From contig CAZOPE010000013.1 in the NCBI GenBank assembly GCA_964581625.1, forward strand, positions 1,833 through 65,832: a stretch of 64,000 nt of DNA. The letters run 5' to 3'. Positions 9,805-19,529 of the stretch are shown in pieces. Numbering within the stretch: position 1 is the stretch's first letter; each line of letters begins with the position of its first letter. A model generated the notes under the pieces. That model ran no database searches and was not told the origin of the DNA. It saw nothing but the letters and a program-made list of their open reading frames with translations. Made by a program: the position numbers and the translations under genes. This DNA comes from an uncultured Cellvibrionaceae bacterium. GTDB taxonomy: Bacteria; Pseudomonadota; Gammaproteobacteria; Pseudomonadales; Cellvibrionaceae.

Positions 9805-10528
9805 TTAATCCAATTCCCTGCATCCCCTGTTCAAAAGCCGTCCACTGAAACGTGTTTGTTGTCCATCCATTTACTTTGGATATCTTCCAAGTATCACTAC
9901 CAACCTTGCGCGACATAAATTCATAGTACAAATCTGACGCATACGGATCATCATTTACTATATACGACCACGTAAAAAGAATAGAAGCATCATCTTTATG
10001 AAAAATGTACCTGCTCGATGTCTCTTCGAGCACCTTTGCAGGTATGTACCCCCAAACATCATATATTTGGAAATAACTAAATGCAGCAGTAGGTGCTTTT
10101 CGTGGGTCACGAATCGTAACAACATCACTTTCTACAGGTGTACTCCATGTATAGTAAGATTTATTTACTGAGATTTTATATTTATACGTTCCGGCTTTAA
10201 CTGGTTTTGGACGTCGCGTGAACCAATCCCATACTTGTCGCTCTCCCTGAAAAGTCCCCACAAATTGCCAGCTACCATTATTGTATTGTTCCCATAACTG
10301 AAACTTGAACTGGCTGGTGTCATTTCCAGCAGCTTCAACAACAAAGCTGACCCATACATCACTCCCCCCGTAACTGACTTTCGCTCCATTTTCTAATGGA
10401 GAACTTACTTGAACAGTAGCAGAGACGATGTAGGGAAGTTGAGCATAAGAACTAACACTTACAAAAAGCGTTAATAAAAAAAAGAAGCACGAAAAGTGAC
10501 GAAGCGATAGATATTGAAGCGGAGGCAT
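9539..10528 (-). CDS. Secreted FN3/Ig-like protein; likely N-terminal part of the 4057-10528 gene
   Basis: ATG 10528 with AGGGA RBS; Sec signal MPPLQYLSLRHFSCFFFLLTLFVSVSSYA; FN3-like TYEFAVRACNPYGCNS; overlaps the next ORF by 266 nt across homopolymer runs. Confidence 0.7.
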   Translation of the reverse strand: MPPLQYLSLRHFSCFFFLLTLFVSVSSYAQLPYIVSATVQVSSPLENGAKVSYGGSDVWVSFVVEAAGNDTSQFKFQLWEQYNNGSWQFVGTFQGERQVWDWFTRRPKPVKAGTYKYKISVNKSYYTWSTPVESDVVTIRDPRKAPTAAFSYFQIYDVWGYIPAKVLEETSSRYIFHKDDASILFTWSYIVNDDPYASDLYYEFMSRKVGSDTWKISKVNGWTTNTFQWTAFEQGMQGIGLNDLETYEFAVRACNPYGCNSAKSLSKPILLDYPELNTAITSTVLGFDAFDMAASKIKRENYCFADPITKKCKGDFFKGFRFVKCTRVS

Positions 10529-10750
10529 TTTTTCATCCCTAAAAATAATCAATTGTTAGAACAATTCTATTCGGATTTTGCTTTGCTGATTCAGTAAATT
10601 TTTTAATCTACACATACTTTGATTAACATTCAGAATGCAGCACGAAACTTCGATGCATCTCAACATCATCTGATACGGGATTCTGAATTTGCGAACCTTA
10701 TGCAAACGTCCATCTGCAATCCAGTCGTTTAAAAGAACCAAACAATAATT

Positions 10751-10766
10751 CGTGACATGCGTCACA
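10751..10766. promoter_or_regulatory. CRP/Vfr-like site
   Basis: CGTGA-catgcg-TCACA, 9/10 match to TGTGA-N6-TCACA, AT-rich flanks, ~225 bp upstream of ATG 10528. Confidence 0.5.
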
Positions 10767-10913
10767 CTTTTTGAGCCTCACGCCAATTAATACAACATTA
10801 ATAATGTCAAATTAAATTGCAACAGGATTAGCTTGAGAAAGGTAACTTCTTACAAAAAGCAAACCCCATTTTCCAAGACGTATTAGGTTGCTCCGTTAAA
10901 CATAGGCGCAAAT

Positions 10914-10940
10914 AAAAATCCGGCACAAGGCCGGACTTTT
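10914..10940 (-). terminator. Rho-independent terminator after acrB
   Basis: TCCGGC-acaag-GCCGGA stem flanked by A- and T-tracts. Confidence 0.75.
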
Positions 10941-10965
10941 ATTTTCTCACTTATTTCTTCTGCTT

Positions 10966-13900
10966 TTATTCTGCTGGCTTTTTGGGAAACCAGCGCTGCG
11001 CAAACTGAAACACCACGACAAAGAAAACAGGCACGAAGAAGATAGCAAGTACAGTTGCCGACAACATTCCCCCGAACACACCGGTGCCAATGGCGTTTTG
11101 GCTGCCTGACCCCGCGCCGGTGCTAATTACCAGCGGCGTTACGCCCAGCATAAAGGCGAGCGAGGTCATAATGATGGGGCGCAAGCGCATGCGCACGGCA
11201 TCCATAGTCGCATCAAACAAACTCATGCCTTGTTCATGCAATGATTTGGCAAACTCTACAATTAAAATTGCGTTTTTGGATGCAAGGCCAATGGTCGTTA
11301 ACAGCCCCACTTGGAAATAAACATCGTTGGAGAGGCCGCGGCCTATTGCAAAAAGTACGGCGCCGAGCACGCCGAGCGGAACAACCAACATTACGGCAAA
11401 GGGTACTGACCAACTTTCATAAAGCGCTGCTAAACATAAGAACACCACCAACATCGACACTGCATAAAGCAGCGGCGCTTGGTTGCCGGACTGGCGCTCT
11501 TGAAACGACATGCCCGTCCACTGGTAGCCTACGCCTGCCGGTAATTTCTTAATGATTTCCTCAGCAGCCTGCATTGCATCTCCCGAGCTGACACCGGGTG
11601 CGCCTTGGCCGTTGATATTGATGGAAGCAACGCCGTTGTAACGCTCTAACCGGGGCGACCCGAAAATCCAGCGGCCTGTAGTAAAAGCGGAGAACGGCAC
11701 CATCTCGCCTTTATTGTTACGCGCGTACCAGTTGCTAACATCTTCCGGCAGCATGCGAAATTGAGCATCGCCTTGCACGAACACCTTTTTCACTCGCCCC
11801 CGGTCAATAAAATCATTCACATAAGATGCCGCCCAAGCCGTATTGAAAAGACTATTGATGTCGCTGAGCGAAACGCCTAAAGCGGCTGCCTTTTCTTGAT
11901 TCACATCCAGCTTGAATTGCGGCGTATCGTCTTGGCCGTTAGGGCGAACATTAACAAGACGCGAATCTTTCGAGGCCATACCTATGAATTGGTTGCGCGC
12001 TTCAATCATTGCTTCGTGACCAAGGCCACCGAGATCTTGTAATTGCAAATTGAAACCCGTTGATGTTCCTAATTGAGTAATTGCAGGGGGCACAAAGGGG
12101 AACACCATGGCTTCTTTGATTTTGGAGAAGGTGCCCATGGCGCGCTTAGCAACACTTTGAACATCTTGCCCAGAATGCGTACGCTCACTCCAATCTTTTA
12201 AGCTGACAAACGCAATGCCATTATTTTGGCCGCGGCCACTAAAGCTAAAACCTATGACTGAGAACACAGAACGAATGTTGTCTTTTTCTGTTTCCAAATA
12301 ATGTTTTTCAATTTGATTCATCACTTCAATAGAACGCTCTTTAGTAGCGCCAACTGGCAGTGACATTTGTGTATACATGTAGCCTTGGTCTTCGTCCGGT
12401 AAAAACGATGAGGGCAAGCGCGTAAACAGCAACCCCAGTACAACCACAATCGCAACGTAAATCATCATAAAGCGGCTGGTGCGACCAAGCATGGTGCGCA
12501 CGCTGGATTGGTAACGCGTTGTGGCTTTATTGAAATTGCGATTAAACCAACCGAAGAAACCTTTTTTCTCATAGTGATCGTGATCAACAGGCTTTAGCAA
12601 CGTGGCACAAAGTGCAGGTGTGAGCGTTAAAGCCACGATAACGGACAACAACATGGCTGACACAATAGTGATTGAGAATTGACGATAGATAACACCGGTT
12701 GAACCACCAAAAAATGCCATGGGCACAAACACAGCAGCTAACACTAACGCAATGCCAATTAATGCACTGGTAATTTGCCCCATGGATTTTCGCGTGGCTT
12801 CACGCGGAGACAACCCCTCCTCCGCCATTACCCGCTCGACGTTTTCAACCACCACAATGGCATCGTCCACTAGCAAGCCAATGGCCAACACCATGGCAAA
12901 CATGGTAAGCGTATTAATGGAAAATCCACACACCGATAGCACACCAAAAGTACCTAACAACACAATCGGTACAGCAATTGTTGGAATTAAGGTTGCGCGG
13001 AAATTTTGCAGGAATAAATACATTACCAAAAATACAAGGATGATCGCTTCAATCAGTGTTTCAACCACAGCTTTAATGGAAAGGCGAACAAAAGGCGTGG
13101 TGTCCATGGGATAAACCACTTCCATTCCCTGCGGAAAAAATTGCGAGAGTTCCGTGATACGCGCGCGTACTGCATCGGCAGTTTCCAAGGCGTTTGCACC
13201 AGCAGCGAGGGTAATTGCCATACCGGTTGCCGGGCGATTGTTGTACTCGGTTTCGAATTGATAATTCTCACCACCTAGCTCCACCCGCGCGACATCGCCC
13301 AACCGAATTTGCGAGCCATCGTTATTCACGCGCAACAAAATATTTTTAAATTGCTCAGGCGTGGACAAGCGCGTTTGCACCACAATACTCGCGTTTACTT
13401 GCTGACCGGGAAGCGATGGTGTGCCGCCTAATTCGCCCGCGGCAATTTGCGCGTTTTGTGCTTTGATCGCGGCGGTAACATCGGTTGCGGTTAAATTAAA
13501 GGTGGCGAGTTTGTTTGCATCCAACCACACGCGCATGGCGTATTGCGAACCAAACAAGGTGATTTGCCCAACCCCATTTACGCGGCTGAGTTGGTCTTGC
13601 ACGTTGGCGGCAACGTAATCGGCAATGTCGTATTTATCCATACGTCCATCGGCAGATACAAAACCAATAATCAACAAAAAGCCCGCTGACGATTTAGTCA
13701 CGCGAATACCTTGCTGCTGGACTTCTTGTGGCAACAACGGCATTACGGTTTGTAATTTATTTTGCACTTGAACTTGTGCAATGTCGGGGTTGGTTCCCGC
13801 CAAAAAAGTTAGCGTCACACTACCCGACCCGCTGGATTCACTGGCAGACGACATGTATTGAACATTGTCGATTCCCGTTAAACCCTGCTCGATAATTTGA

Positions 13901-14085
13901 ATAACCGTATCTTGCACGGTTTGCGCCGATGCACCGGGGTAGTTGGCATTAATACTCACCGAGGGTGGCGCAACTTCTGGGTATTGAGCGATGGGCAACT
14001 TAAAAATAGAAAGCGCACCCGCCAGCATAATTAAAATTGCAATTACCCATGCAAACACCGGGCGATCAATAAAGAACTTCGCCAT
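10966..14085 (-). CDS. acrB: HAE1-family RND efflux permease (AcrB/MexB-like)
   Basis: [17 protein letters not shown] start, [43 protein letters not shown]; 1039 aa. Confidence 0.96.
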   Translation of the reverse strand: MAKFFIDRPVFAWVIAILIMLAGALSIFKLPIAQYPEVAPPSVSINANYPGASAQTVQDTVIQIIEQGLTGIDNVQYMSSASESSGSGSVTLTFLAGTNPDIAQVQVQNKLQTVMPLLPQEVQQQGIRVTKSSAGFLLIIGFVSADGRMDKYDIADYVAANVQDQLSRVNGVGQITLFGSQYAMRVWLDANKLATFNLTATDVTAAIKAQNAQIAAGELGGTPSLPGQQVNASIVVQTRLSTPEQFKNILLRVNNDGSQIRLGDVARVELGGENYQFETEYNNRPATGMAITLAAGANALETADAVRARITELSQFFPQGMEVVYPMDTTPFVRLSIKAVVETLIEAIILVFLVMYLFLQNFRATLIPTIAVPIVLLGTFGVLSVCGFSINTLTMFAMVLAIGLLVDDAIVVVENVERVMAEEGLSPREATRKSMGQITSALIGIALVLAAVFVPMAFFGGSTGVIYRQFSITIVSAMLLSVIVALTLTPALCATLLKPVDHDHYEKKGFFGWFNRNFNKATTRYQSSVRTMLGRTSRFMMIYVAIVVVLGLLFTRLPSSFLPDEDQGYMYTQMSLPVGATKERSIEVMNQIEKHYLETEKDNIRSVFSVIGFSFSGRGQNNGIAFVSLKDWSERTHSGQDVQSVAKRAMGTFSKIKEAMVFPFVPPAITQLGTSTGFNLQLQDLGGLGHEAMIEARNQFIGMASKDSRLVNVRPNGQDDTPQFKLDVNQEKAAALGVSLSDINSLFNTAWAASYVNDFIDRGRVKKVFVQGDAQFRMLPEDVSNWYARNNKGEMVPFSAFTTGRWIFGSPRLERYNGVASININGQGAPGVSSGDAMQAAEEIIKKLPAGVGYQWTGMSFQERQSGNQAPLLYAVSMLVVFLCLAALYESWSVPFAVMLVVPLGVLGAVLFAIGRGLSNDVYFQVGLLTTIGLASKNAILIVEFAKSLHEQGMSLFDATMDAVRMRLRPIIMTSLAFMLGVTPLVISTGAGSGSQNAIGTGVFGGMLSATVLAIFFVPVFFVVVFQFAQRWFPKKPAE

Positions 14086-14090
14086 GCTAG

Positions 14091-15236
14091 TTACTCCCCG
14101 GTTTTAGTTGCAATTTTTGCGGGAACTGCTTTTACAGTTGCACCCGGTTTTGCCTTTTGCAAGCCTTCTACAATCACTTTCTCACCAACTGCCAAGCCTT
14201 CATCCACCAACCATTTGTCACCAACGGCGGTAGTCGTTTTAATGGAGCGCAGTTCAACTTTATTTTCTTTATTCACCACCAGCGTGGTTGCGCCCCCAGA
14301 GCGATCACGCGTGACACCTTGTTGCGGAACCAGAATCGCTTTTGAATGAACACCATCTTGCAATTCGGTGCGCACGAACATACCGGGCAGCAATAATTTA
14401 TCGGGATTGGGAAAGAGCGCGCGTAACACCACTGTGCCCGTTGATTCGCTAACACCCACTTCAGAGAACTGCAAACGGCCCTCTTGCGCATAACGGGAAC
14501 CATCACTTAACACCAGCTTGACCTTTGCCTCCCCCGGCGCAGAAAGCTTGCCGTTCATCATTTGACGGCGCAGCTTGAGCATTTCATCTACTGATTGGGA
14601 AACATCAACATAGATTGGGTCGAGCTGCTGAATCGTCGCCAACACCTGTGACTGCCCAGCACTGACGAGTGCTCCTTCCGTCACACTGGATTTACCGATA
14701 ACACCGCTGATTGGCGCAAGCACCTTGGTGTACTTGAGATTAATGCGCGCGTTTTCGACAGCCGCTTTACTAATTTCCAGATTCGCCTGCGCTTGGGAGA
14801 AGGCTGCCTGTACATCATCGAAATCTTGTTGGCTAATAGCTTTAGAGACAATCAAACTTTGGAAACGGGCGTTGCGGGCTTTTGCCGCCGAAAAGTTAGC
14901 GTCCGCTCGGGACTGTTCCGCTTGGGCGCTATTTAATGCAGATTCGAATGGCGCGGGGTCAATTTGGTACAAGGGAGTACCCGCTTTAACCTCGGCGCCC
15001 TCGGTAAATAAGCGCTTCTGGATAATGCCACTCACCTGCGGGCGAACTTCTGCTTTGCGGTAGGCAGAGGTACGGCCAGGTAACTCAGACGTAATGGTTG
15101 CCGCCGATTCGCTCACCACCACGACCCCCACTTCAACGGGCGGAGCATCGCCCCCCGCAGGAGCCTTGGGGCCGCACGCCGATAAGAGCCCGATGGATAC
15201 TGCCACTGAAAGGGTTAAATATTTGCTGCGCGACAT
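14091..15236 (-). CDS. acrA: RND membrane-fusion lipoprotein (AcrA/MexA-like)
   Basis: Likely start ATG 15236 (GAGG RBS); lipobox LLSAC; [22 protein letters not shown]; QQLDPIYVD. Confidence 0.93.
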   Translation of the reverse strand: MSRSKYLTLSVAVSIGLLSACGPKAPAGGDAPPVEVGVVVVSESAATITSELPGRTSAYRKAEVRPQVSGIIQKRLFTEGAEVKAGTPLYQIDPAPFESALNSAQAEQSRADANFSAAKARNARFQSLIVSKAISQQDFDDVQAAFSQAQANLEISKAAVENARINLKYTKVLAPISGVIGKSSVTEGALVSAGQSQVLATIQQLDPIYVDVSQSVDEMLKLRRQMMNGKLSAPGEAKVKLVLSDGSRYAQEGRLQFSEVGVSESTGTVVLRALFPNPDKLLLPGMFVRTELQDGVHSKAILVPQQGVTRDRSGGATTLVVNKENKVELRSIKTTTAVGDKWLVDEGLAVGEKVIVEGLQKAKPGATVKAVPAKIATKTGE

Positions 15237-15328
15237 GGGTACACCTCTTCCAAAAACGCGATCCCTATAAAAATGCCGGTCAAAAAAACCAGCATCAACT
15301 ATTGAGACAAGAACTATAAAATCAGGTA

Positions 15329-15352
15329 AACATACACCTATGAATGTATTAT
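15329..15352. promoter_or_regulatory. AcrR-like operator (acrA-proximal)
   Basis: AACATACACCTATGAATGTATTAT, 17/24 identical to the E. coli acrAB operator as recalled (TACATACATTTGTGAATGTATGTA). Confidence 0.5.
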
Positions 15353-15496
15353 CTATTACAGCCAATAAGTACGTCAGTTTCAACACAAATGATGAATATA
15401 TTCACAAACTTAACAATCTTTGCACATATTAACGCTGTTTAAATGGGCGACAGATTGTCTGGAGCATTGACGAAAGAATAGTCTATCACTATAAAA

Positions 15497-15520
15497 TACA
15501 TACATAATTGAATGTTTAGA
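15497..15520. promoter_or_regulatory. AcrR-like operator (acrR-proximal)
   Basis: TACATACATAATTGAATGTTTAGA, 18/24 identical to the recalled E. coli acrAB operator. Confidence 0.55.
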
Positions 15521-15545
15521 TTTGTTATAAACCTAAGGAAACTTT

Positions 15546-16187
15546 GTGGCACGTAAAACCAAAGAAGATGCACTTGAAACCCGCAACCAGCTGTTAGACG
15601 CGGCCGAGAGAGTATTTTTTGACAAAGGCTTTAGCCAAACCAGCCTCATGGATATTGCAGAGGCGGCTGGGCTCTCCCGTGGGGCTATTTATTGGCACTT
15701 TAAAAACAAAAGCGATTTATTCGAAGCCATGGCAGACCGTATTCGCCTACCGCTCGAAAACCTAACCGACGCCTGCGCCGACGAAAAAGAACCCAATCCA
15801 TTAGGTAAGCTGCGTGACTTTTGGATTCAGGTTCTTAAAGAAACCACCCGCAACCCGCGCCGCAAACGTGTCCTCAGCATTCTGTTCTTTAAATGCGAGC
15901 TAAACAGCGAAGCCAAACAGTTGGAAATCCGCCGCCAAACCGCGACCTTGGAATATATTCAGGGAATTGAGCAATGCTTGAAAAACGCTATAGACAAAGG
16001 ACAACTCCCAACCAACCTCAACGTGCACCAGGCTGCCATTGCAAACCACGCATTGATCACGGGTTTAATCAGCAATTGGTTATTCCTTCCTGGCAGTTTT
16101 GATTTGGATAAATACGCGGAAGCCATGGTGGATAGTTACTTGTTTATGCTGAAGAATAATGTGGGCTTACAGGAGGGCGAGATCTAG
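15546..16187 (+). CDS. acrR: TetR-family repressor (AcrR/TtgR-like)
   Basis: MARKTKEDALETRNQLLDAAERVF..GLSRGAIYWHFKNKSDLF; divergent from the RND operon. Confidence 0.9.
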   Translation: MARKTKEDALETRNQLLDAAERVFFDKGFSQTSLMDIAEAAGLSRGAIYWHFKNKSDLFEAMADRIRLPLENLTDACADEKEPNPLGKLRDFWIQVLKETTRNPRRKRVLSILFFKCELNSEAKQLEIRRQTATLEYIQGIEQCLKNAIDKGQLPTNLNVHQAAIANHALITGLISNWLFLPGSFDLDKYAEAMVDSYLFMLKNNVGLQEGEI

Positions 16188-16519
16188 TGGCAGCAGTTAC
16201 TGCTGGAATTCAAGGTTAATTGTCTTCAAAAAATATATATGCACTCTTAAGCCCAAGCGAGCAAACAAATAATAAAAATCCGCTGTAAAACCAGCGGCTA
16301 CTCACACTAAAAATACTCATTCTTTGCGCGTACATCTCGCTTATTTTTCTAAAACCAACAGAAAAATTCTGGAGCGAACTTGAAACCTACAGATTCCATT
16401 TCGTAATTTTTAAGCACCTTTAGGCCGAACGGTTGTTGTCATAAATTTAACATCTTGCTGGTATTAAATAGAGGAACTGACACGTAAGCCTAGACTTACA
16501 CTTCCCTATTTCAGCAAGA

Positions 16520-17653
16520 GTGTTCGCCATGCGTGCGCTACGGGTTATACATTTTGTTACCGGCGGTTTTTCTGGATCTACCTCTGTTGCCATACAACTG
16601 GTAAAAAGCCAAAACCCAAATATTGAAAACCTGTTAGTGCTGCGGCGAAAGAAAGCCAAACACGATTCCAAAATTCAACAGCTGCGCGAACAAGGCATAG
16701 CGGTTGAATGCGTAACGAGCTGGTCAAGTATTGCCACCATTTTCTGCCTAATAAAGATATGCCGCCAATTCAAGCCAGACATTATTGTTTGCCATGGCTT
16801 TAGCGAACATCTTTGGGGAAGGTACGCAGGGCTGCTTGCGGGTGTTCCGCATTTAATTCACGTTGAGCACAATTCAAAAGAACGCTACACGCCTTGGCGA
16901 TTGCTTCAAGCGCGATGGCTTGCAAAATACACGGACAAAATTATTGGCTGCTCTGAAGGCGTACGCCAAAAACTCGTTAAACTAAAATTTCCGGAAGAAA
17001 AAACATTAACCATTAATAATGGAATTGATTTGCGGGCTTACGAACAAAGCCTAAGCTTACCCTTCAAAGATCGTGAAAACGCCATTGTGATGGCCGCGCG
17101 ATTTGCCAAACAAAAAGATCACTTAACGCTGATAAAAGCGGTTGCTTTACTACGGGATAAACATATTTTTCCGCCGGTATATCTTGCTGGTTCAGGCAGC
17201 AAGAAACATATGAAGCGAGCAAAGAAATTGGTGAAGGAGTTGAACCTAAAAGACCAAATTAAATTTTTAGGGTTTTGCAACAATGTGCCTGAGTTATTAG
17301 CAAAGAATAAAGTGTGCGTGCTCGCAACACGCTATGAAGGAATGCCCTTATCAATATGCGAAGGCATGGCCTCAGGCTGTGTCGTTATAGGATCTGAAGT
17401 TGTTGGCGTTAAAGAATTAATCAGCCACAGTATTGATGGCCTACTCGCAACACCTGAGTCTCCCGAATCGCTGGCCAATTGCTTACACATCGCTTTAGTC
17501 AATAGCTATTTTACTGATCAGCTCGCCAAAAACGCCCAAGCTCGCGCCATGCAGTATTTTGGTGTCAGCCGCATGGTTACGAGCTATGAAGAGTTATTCT
17601 TGTCGCTAATACAACAACCTGAAACCATGCTGCGCGAATCGCTTTTTTATTGA
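16520..17653 (+). CDS. GT4-family glycosyltransferase
   Basis: TINNGID, MAARFAKQKDH, RYEGMPLSICEGMASGC (EX7E motif). Confidence 0.9.
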   Translation: MFAMRALRVIHFVTGGFSGSTSVAIQLVKSQNPNIENLLVLRRKKAKHDSKIQQLREQGIAVECVTSWSSIATIFCLIKICRQFKPDIIVCHGFSEHLWGRYAGLLAGVPHLIHVEHNSKERYTPWRLLQARWLAKYTDKIIGCSEGVRQKLVKLKFPEEKTLTINNGIDLRAYEQSLSLPFKDRENAIVMAARFAKQKDHLTLIKAVALLRDKHIFPPVYLAGSGSKKHMKRAKKLVKELNLKDQIKFLGFCNNVPELLAKNKVCVLATRYEGMPLSICEGMASGCVVIGSEVVGVKELISHSIDGLLATPESPESLANCLHIALVNSYFTDQLAKNAQARAMQYFGVSRMVTSYEELFLSLIQQPETMLRESLFY

Positions 17654-17662
17654 GGTTACAAT

Positions 17663-18658
17663 ATGGAGCCTCAATATTGGTTAAGCTTACTCATTCCAAT
17701 TTACAACGTAGAAACCTATTTGCGGGAATGTTTGGAATCCGTTCTTGCCCAAATTGATGGTGGGGTAGAAATAATCGCACTTGATGACTGCTCCACAGAT
17801 AACTCTCTTTCGCTGCTACAAGATATAGCACAGCACTCACTCCACCCAATCAACATACTCAGGCACACCCATAACCAAGGGCTCAGCGCAGCACGCAATT
17901 CCCTGCTGGAAATTGCAAAGGGAGATTACATTTGGTTTTTAGACTCTGATGACCTTATGGAGCCCGGCGCTATGCGCCAATTAAAAAAAATTACCGAAGA
18001 ACATAAGCCCGATTTGATCATGTGTGACTTTCGCGTGCTACGTCATCAGCAAACACTAAAGCACAGGTTGCGCGGAGAAAATCATCGTAACTCTTTTGTG
18101 GGGCCGCCCAATATACTTTTGCAAAATTCTGCCGCGCTATTTTACGGGCTTTATAAAAAAGGAGAATTGCATGCGTGGTCGAAGATATCGAAACGACATC
18201 TATGGGGTAATGATTTACGCTTTCCAGTAAACCGCTATATGGAAGATATGACAACCACACCGAGGTTAGCATTGCGCGCCTCTACTTATTTTTACTGCCC
18301 CCAAGTGTGGATTGCCTATCGCCAACGGCAAGGTAGTATTCTCTCTACGCCCAGCGTTAAAAAAATTGAAGACGCCGCTTGCGGTAATGCGGGAGTTCTT
18401 GATTTGTGGCTACAAAAATACCCCAACCTTTCTAACGAAATTCGCTTGGCATTTAGTCATTACTGTGCACGAACACACTATGTTGTTATGCGCGACTTAA
18501 AGCGCTCAAAACATCTTATTCGTGCTTATGTTCAAACAAAAAATAATTATCGCGCGCAGCTGTTCCACAACATTGGCTGGACAAAGCCCCAACTTTGTTG
18601 GCAATACGGAAAACGCGGATTAATTTCGCGCCTGATTCGGTTCCTCATAAAATATTGA
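17663..18658 (+). CDS. GT2-family glycosyltransferase
   Basis: LIPIYNVETYLRECLESV, DDCSTD, NQGLSAARN, WFLDSDD. Confidence 0.9.
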   Translation: MEPQYWLSLLIPIYNVETYLRECLESVLAQIDGGVEIIALDDCSTDNSLSLLQDIAQHSLHPINILRHTHNQGLSAARNSLLEIAKGDYIWFLDSDDLMEPGAMRQLKKITEEHKPDLIMCDFRVLRHQQTLKHRLRGENHRNSFVGPPNILLQNSAALFYGLYKKGELHAWSKISKRHLWGNDLRFPVNRYMEDMTTTPRLALRASTYFYCPQVWIAYRQRQGSILSTPSVKKIEDAACGNAGVLDLWLQKYPNLSNEIRLAFSHYCARTHYVVMRDLKRSKHLIRAYVQTKNNYRAQLFHNIGWTKPQLCWQYGKRGLISRLIRFLIKY

Positions 18659-18665
18659 GACGTTA

Positions 18666-19484
18666 ATGAATATTCAGAAAATTATTATTTGCATTAAATG
18701 GGGTGAAAAATTTGGCCCTGAATATGTGAACCGACTTTACGCCATGGCCAGACGCAATATTACCGGTGAATTTCGCTTAGTGTGTTTCACAGAAAATACT
18801 CAAGGTTTAAGGCCTGAAGTTGAGACCAGGCCACTCCCAGAACTAGGTTGCGCTCACCCAGAACGAACCATTGGCAAATGGCCGAAGGTTGCACTTTGGG
18901 GCGATGAGTTAGGCGGGCTTTCTGGACCTGTTTTATTCGTGGATTTAGATTCAGTCATCATCAATAACATTGATGATTATTTTCGTTACGGCTCCCCCGA
19001 AGATGTCATACTCGCGCGCAATTGGGCAAAACCCTTTTCGGGCATGGGTCAAACATCTGTGTTTCGGTTCCCTGTTGGAAAAAATAGTCACATATTAAAA
19101 AATTTTAGAACATCCGCTCAAACGATTGCAGACAAGTACAAATTTGAACAACACTACATTACATCATCAGTAACTGGCGGAATAAAATTTTGGCCCGAAA
19201 GTTGGACGAGGCACTTTCGGCTGCATTGCCTCCCTATTTTTCCGCTACGTTATTTCGTTTCAGCTAAATTTCCCAGCAACGCGAAAATTGTTACCTTCCC
19301 TGGGGGCCCCAACCCAAGTGATGTTATTTTGGGAAGATGGGATGAAGAAATGAAGCCCTTCCCATCAACCAGAGAACATATCTCCAATGCAGTTGAACAC
19401 TCTACATCCCTCAAAGAGCGTTGGCGTTATATCAAACGTTATGTTTTGCCGTGTGAATGGATAGGAGAGCACTGGCGCGAATAA
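18666..19484 (+). CDS. GT-A-fold glycosyltransferase-like protein
   Basis: IICIKWGEKFGPEYVNRLY start and LFVDLD DxD motif; 7 bp after the GT2 gene. Confidence 0.7.
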   Translation: MNIQKIIICIKWGEKFGPEYVNRLYAMARRNITGEFRLVCFTENTQGLRPEVETRPLPELGCAHPERTIGKWPKVALWGDELGGLSGPVLFVDLDSVIINNIDDYFRYGSPEDVILARNWAKPFSGMGQTSVFRFPVGKNSHILKNFRTSAQTIADKYKFEQHYITSSVTGGIKFWPESWTRHFRLHCLPIFPLRYFVSAKFPSNAKIVTFPGGPNPSDVILGRWDEEMKPFPSTREHISNAVEHSTSLKERWRYIKRYVLPCEWIGEHWRE

Positions 19485-19529
19485 AACATTCAAACCGCAA
19501 ATAAAACATTTAAACAAAGGCAGTGTGAT

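Noticed and set aside
10556-10765. 69-aa ORF upstream of the adhesin
   Set aside because: No clear RBS or recognisable content; its start overlaps the CRP-like site in the probable promoter region.
15237-15386. N-terminal extension of acrA in the ORF track
   Set aside because: RBS and lipoprotein signal fit ATG 15236, and an operator-like site lies within the extension.
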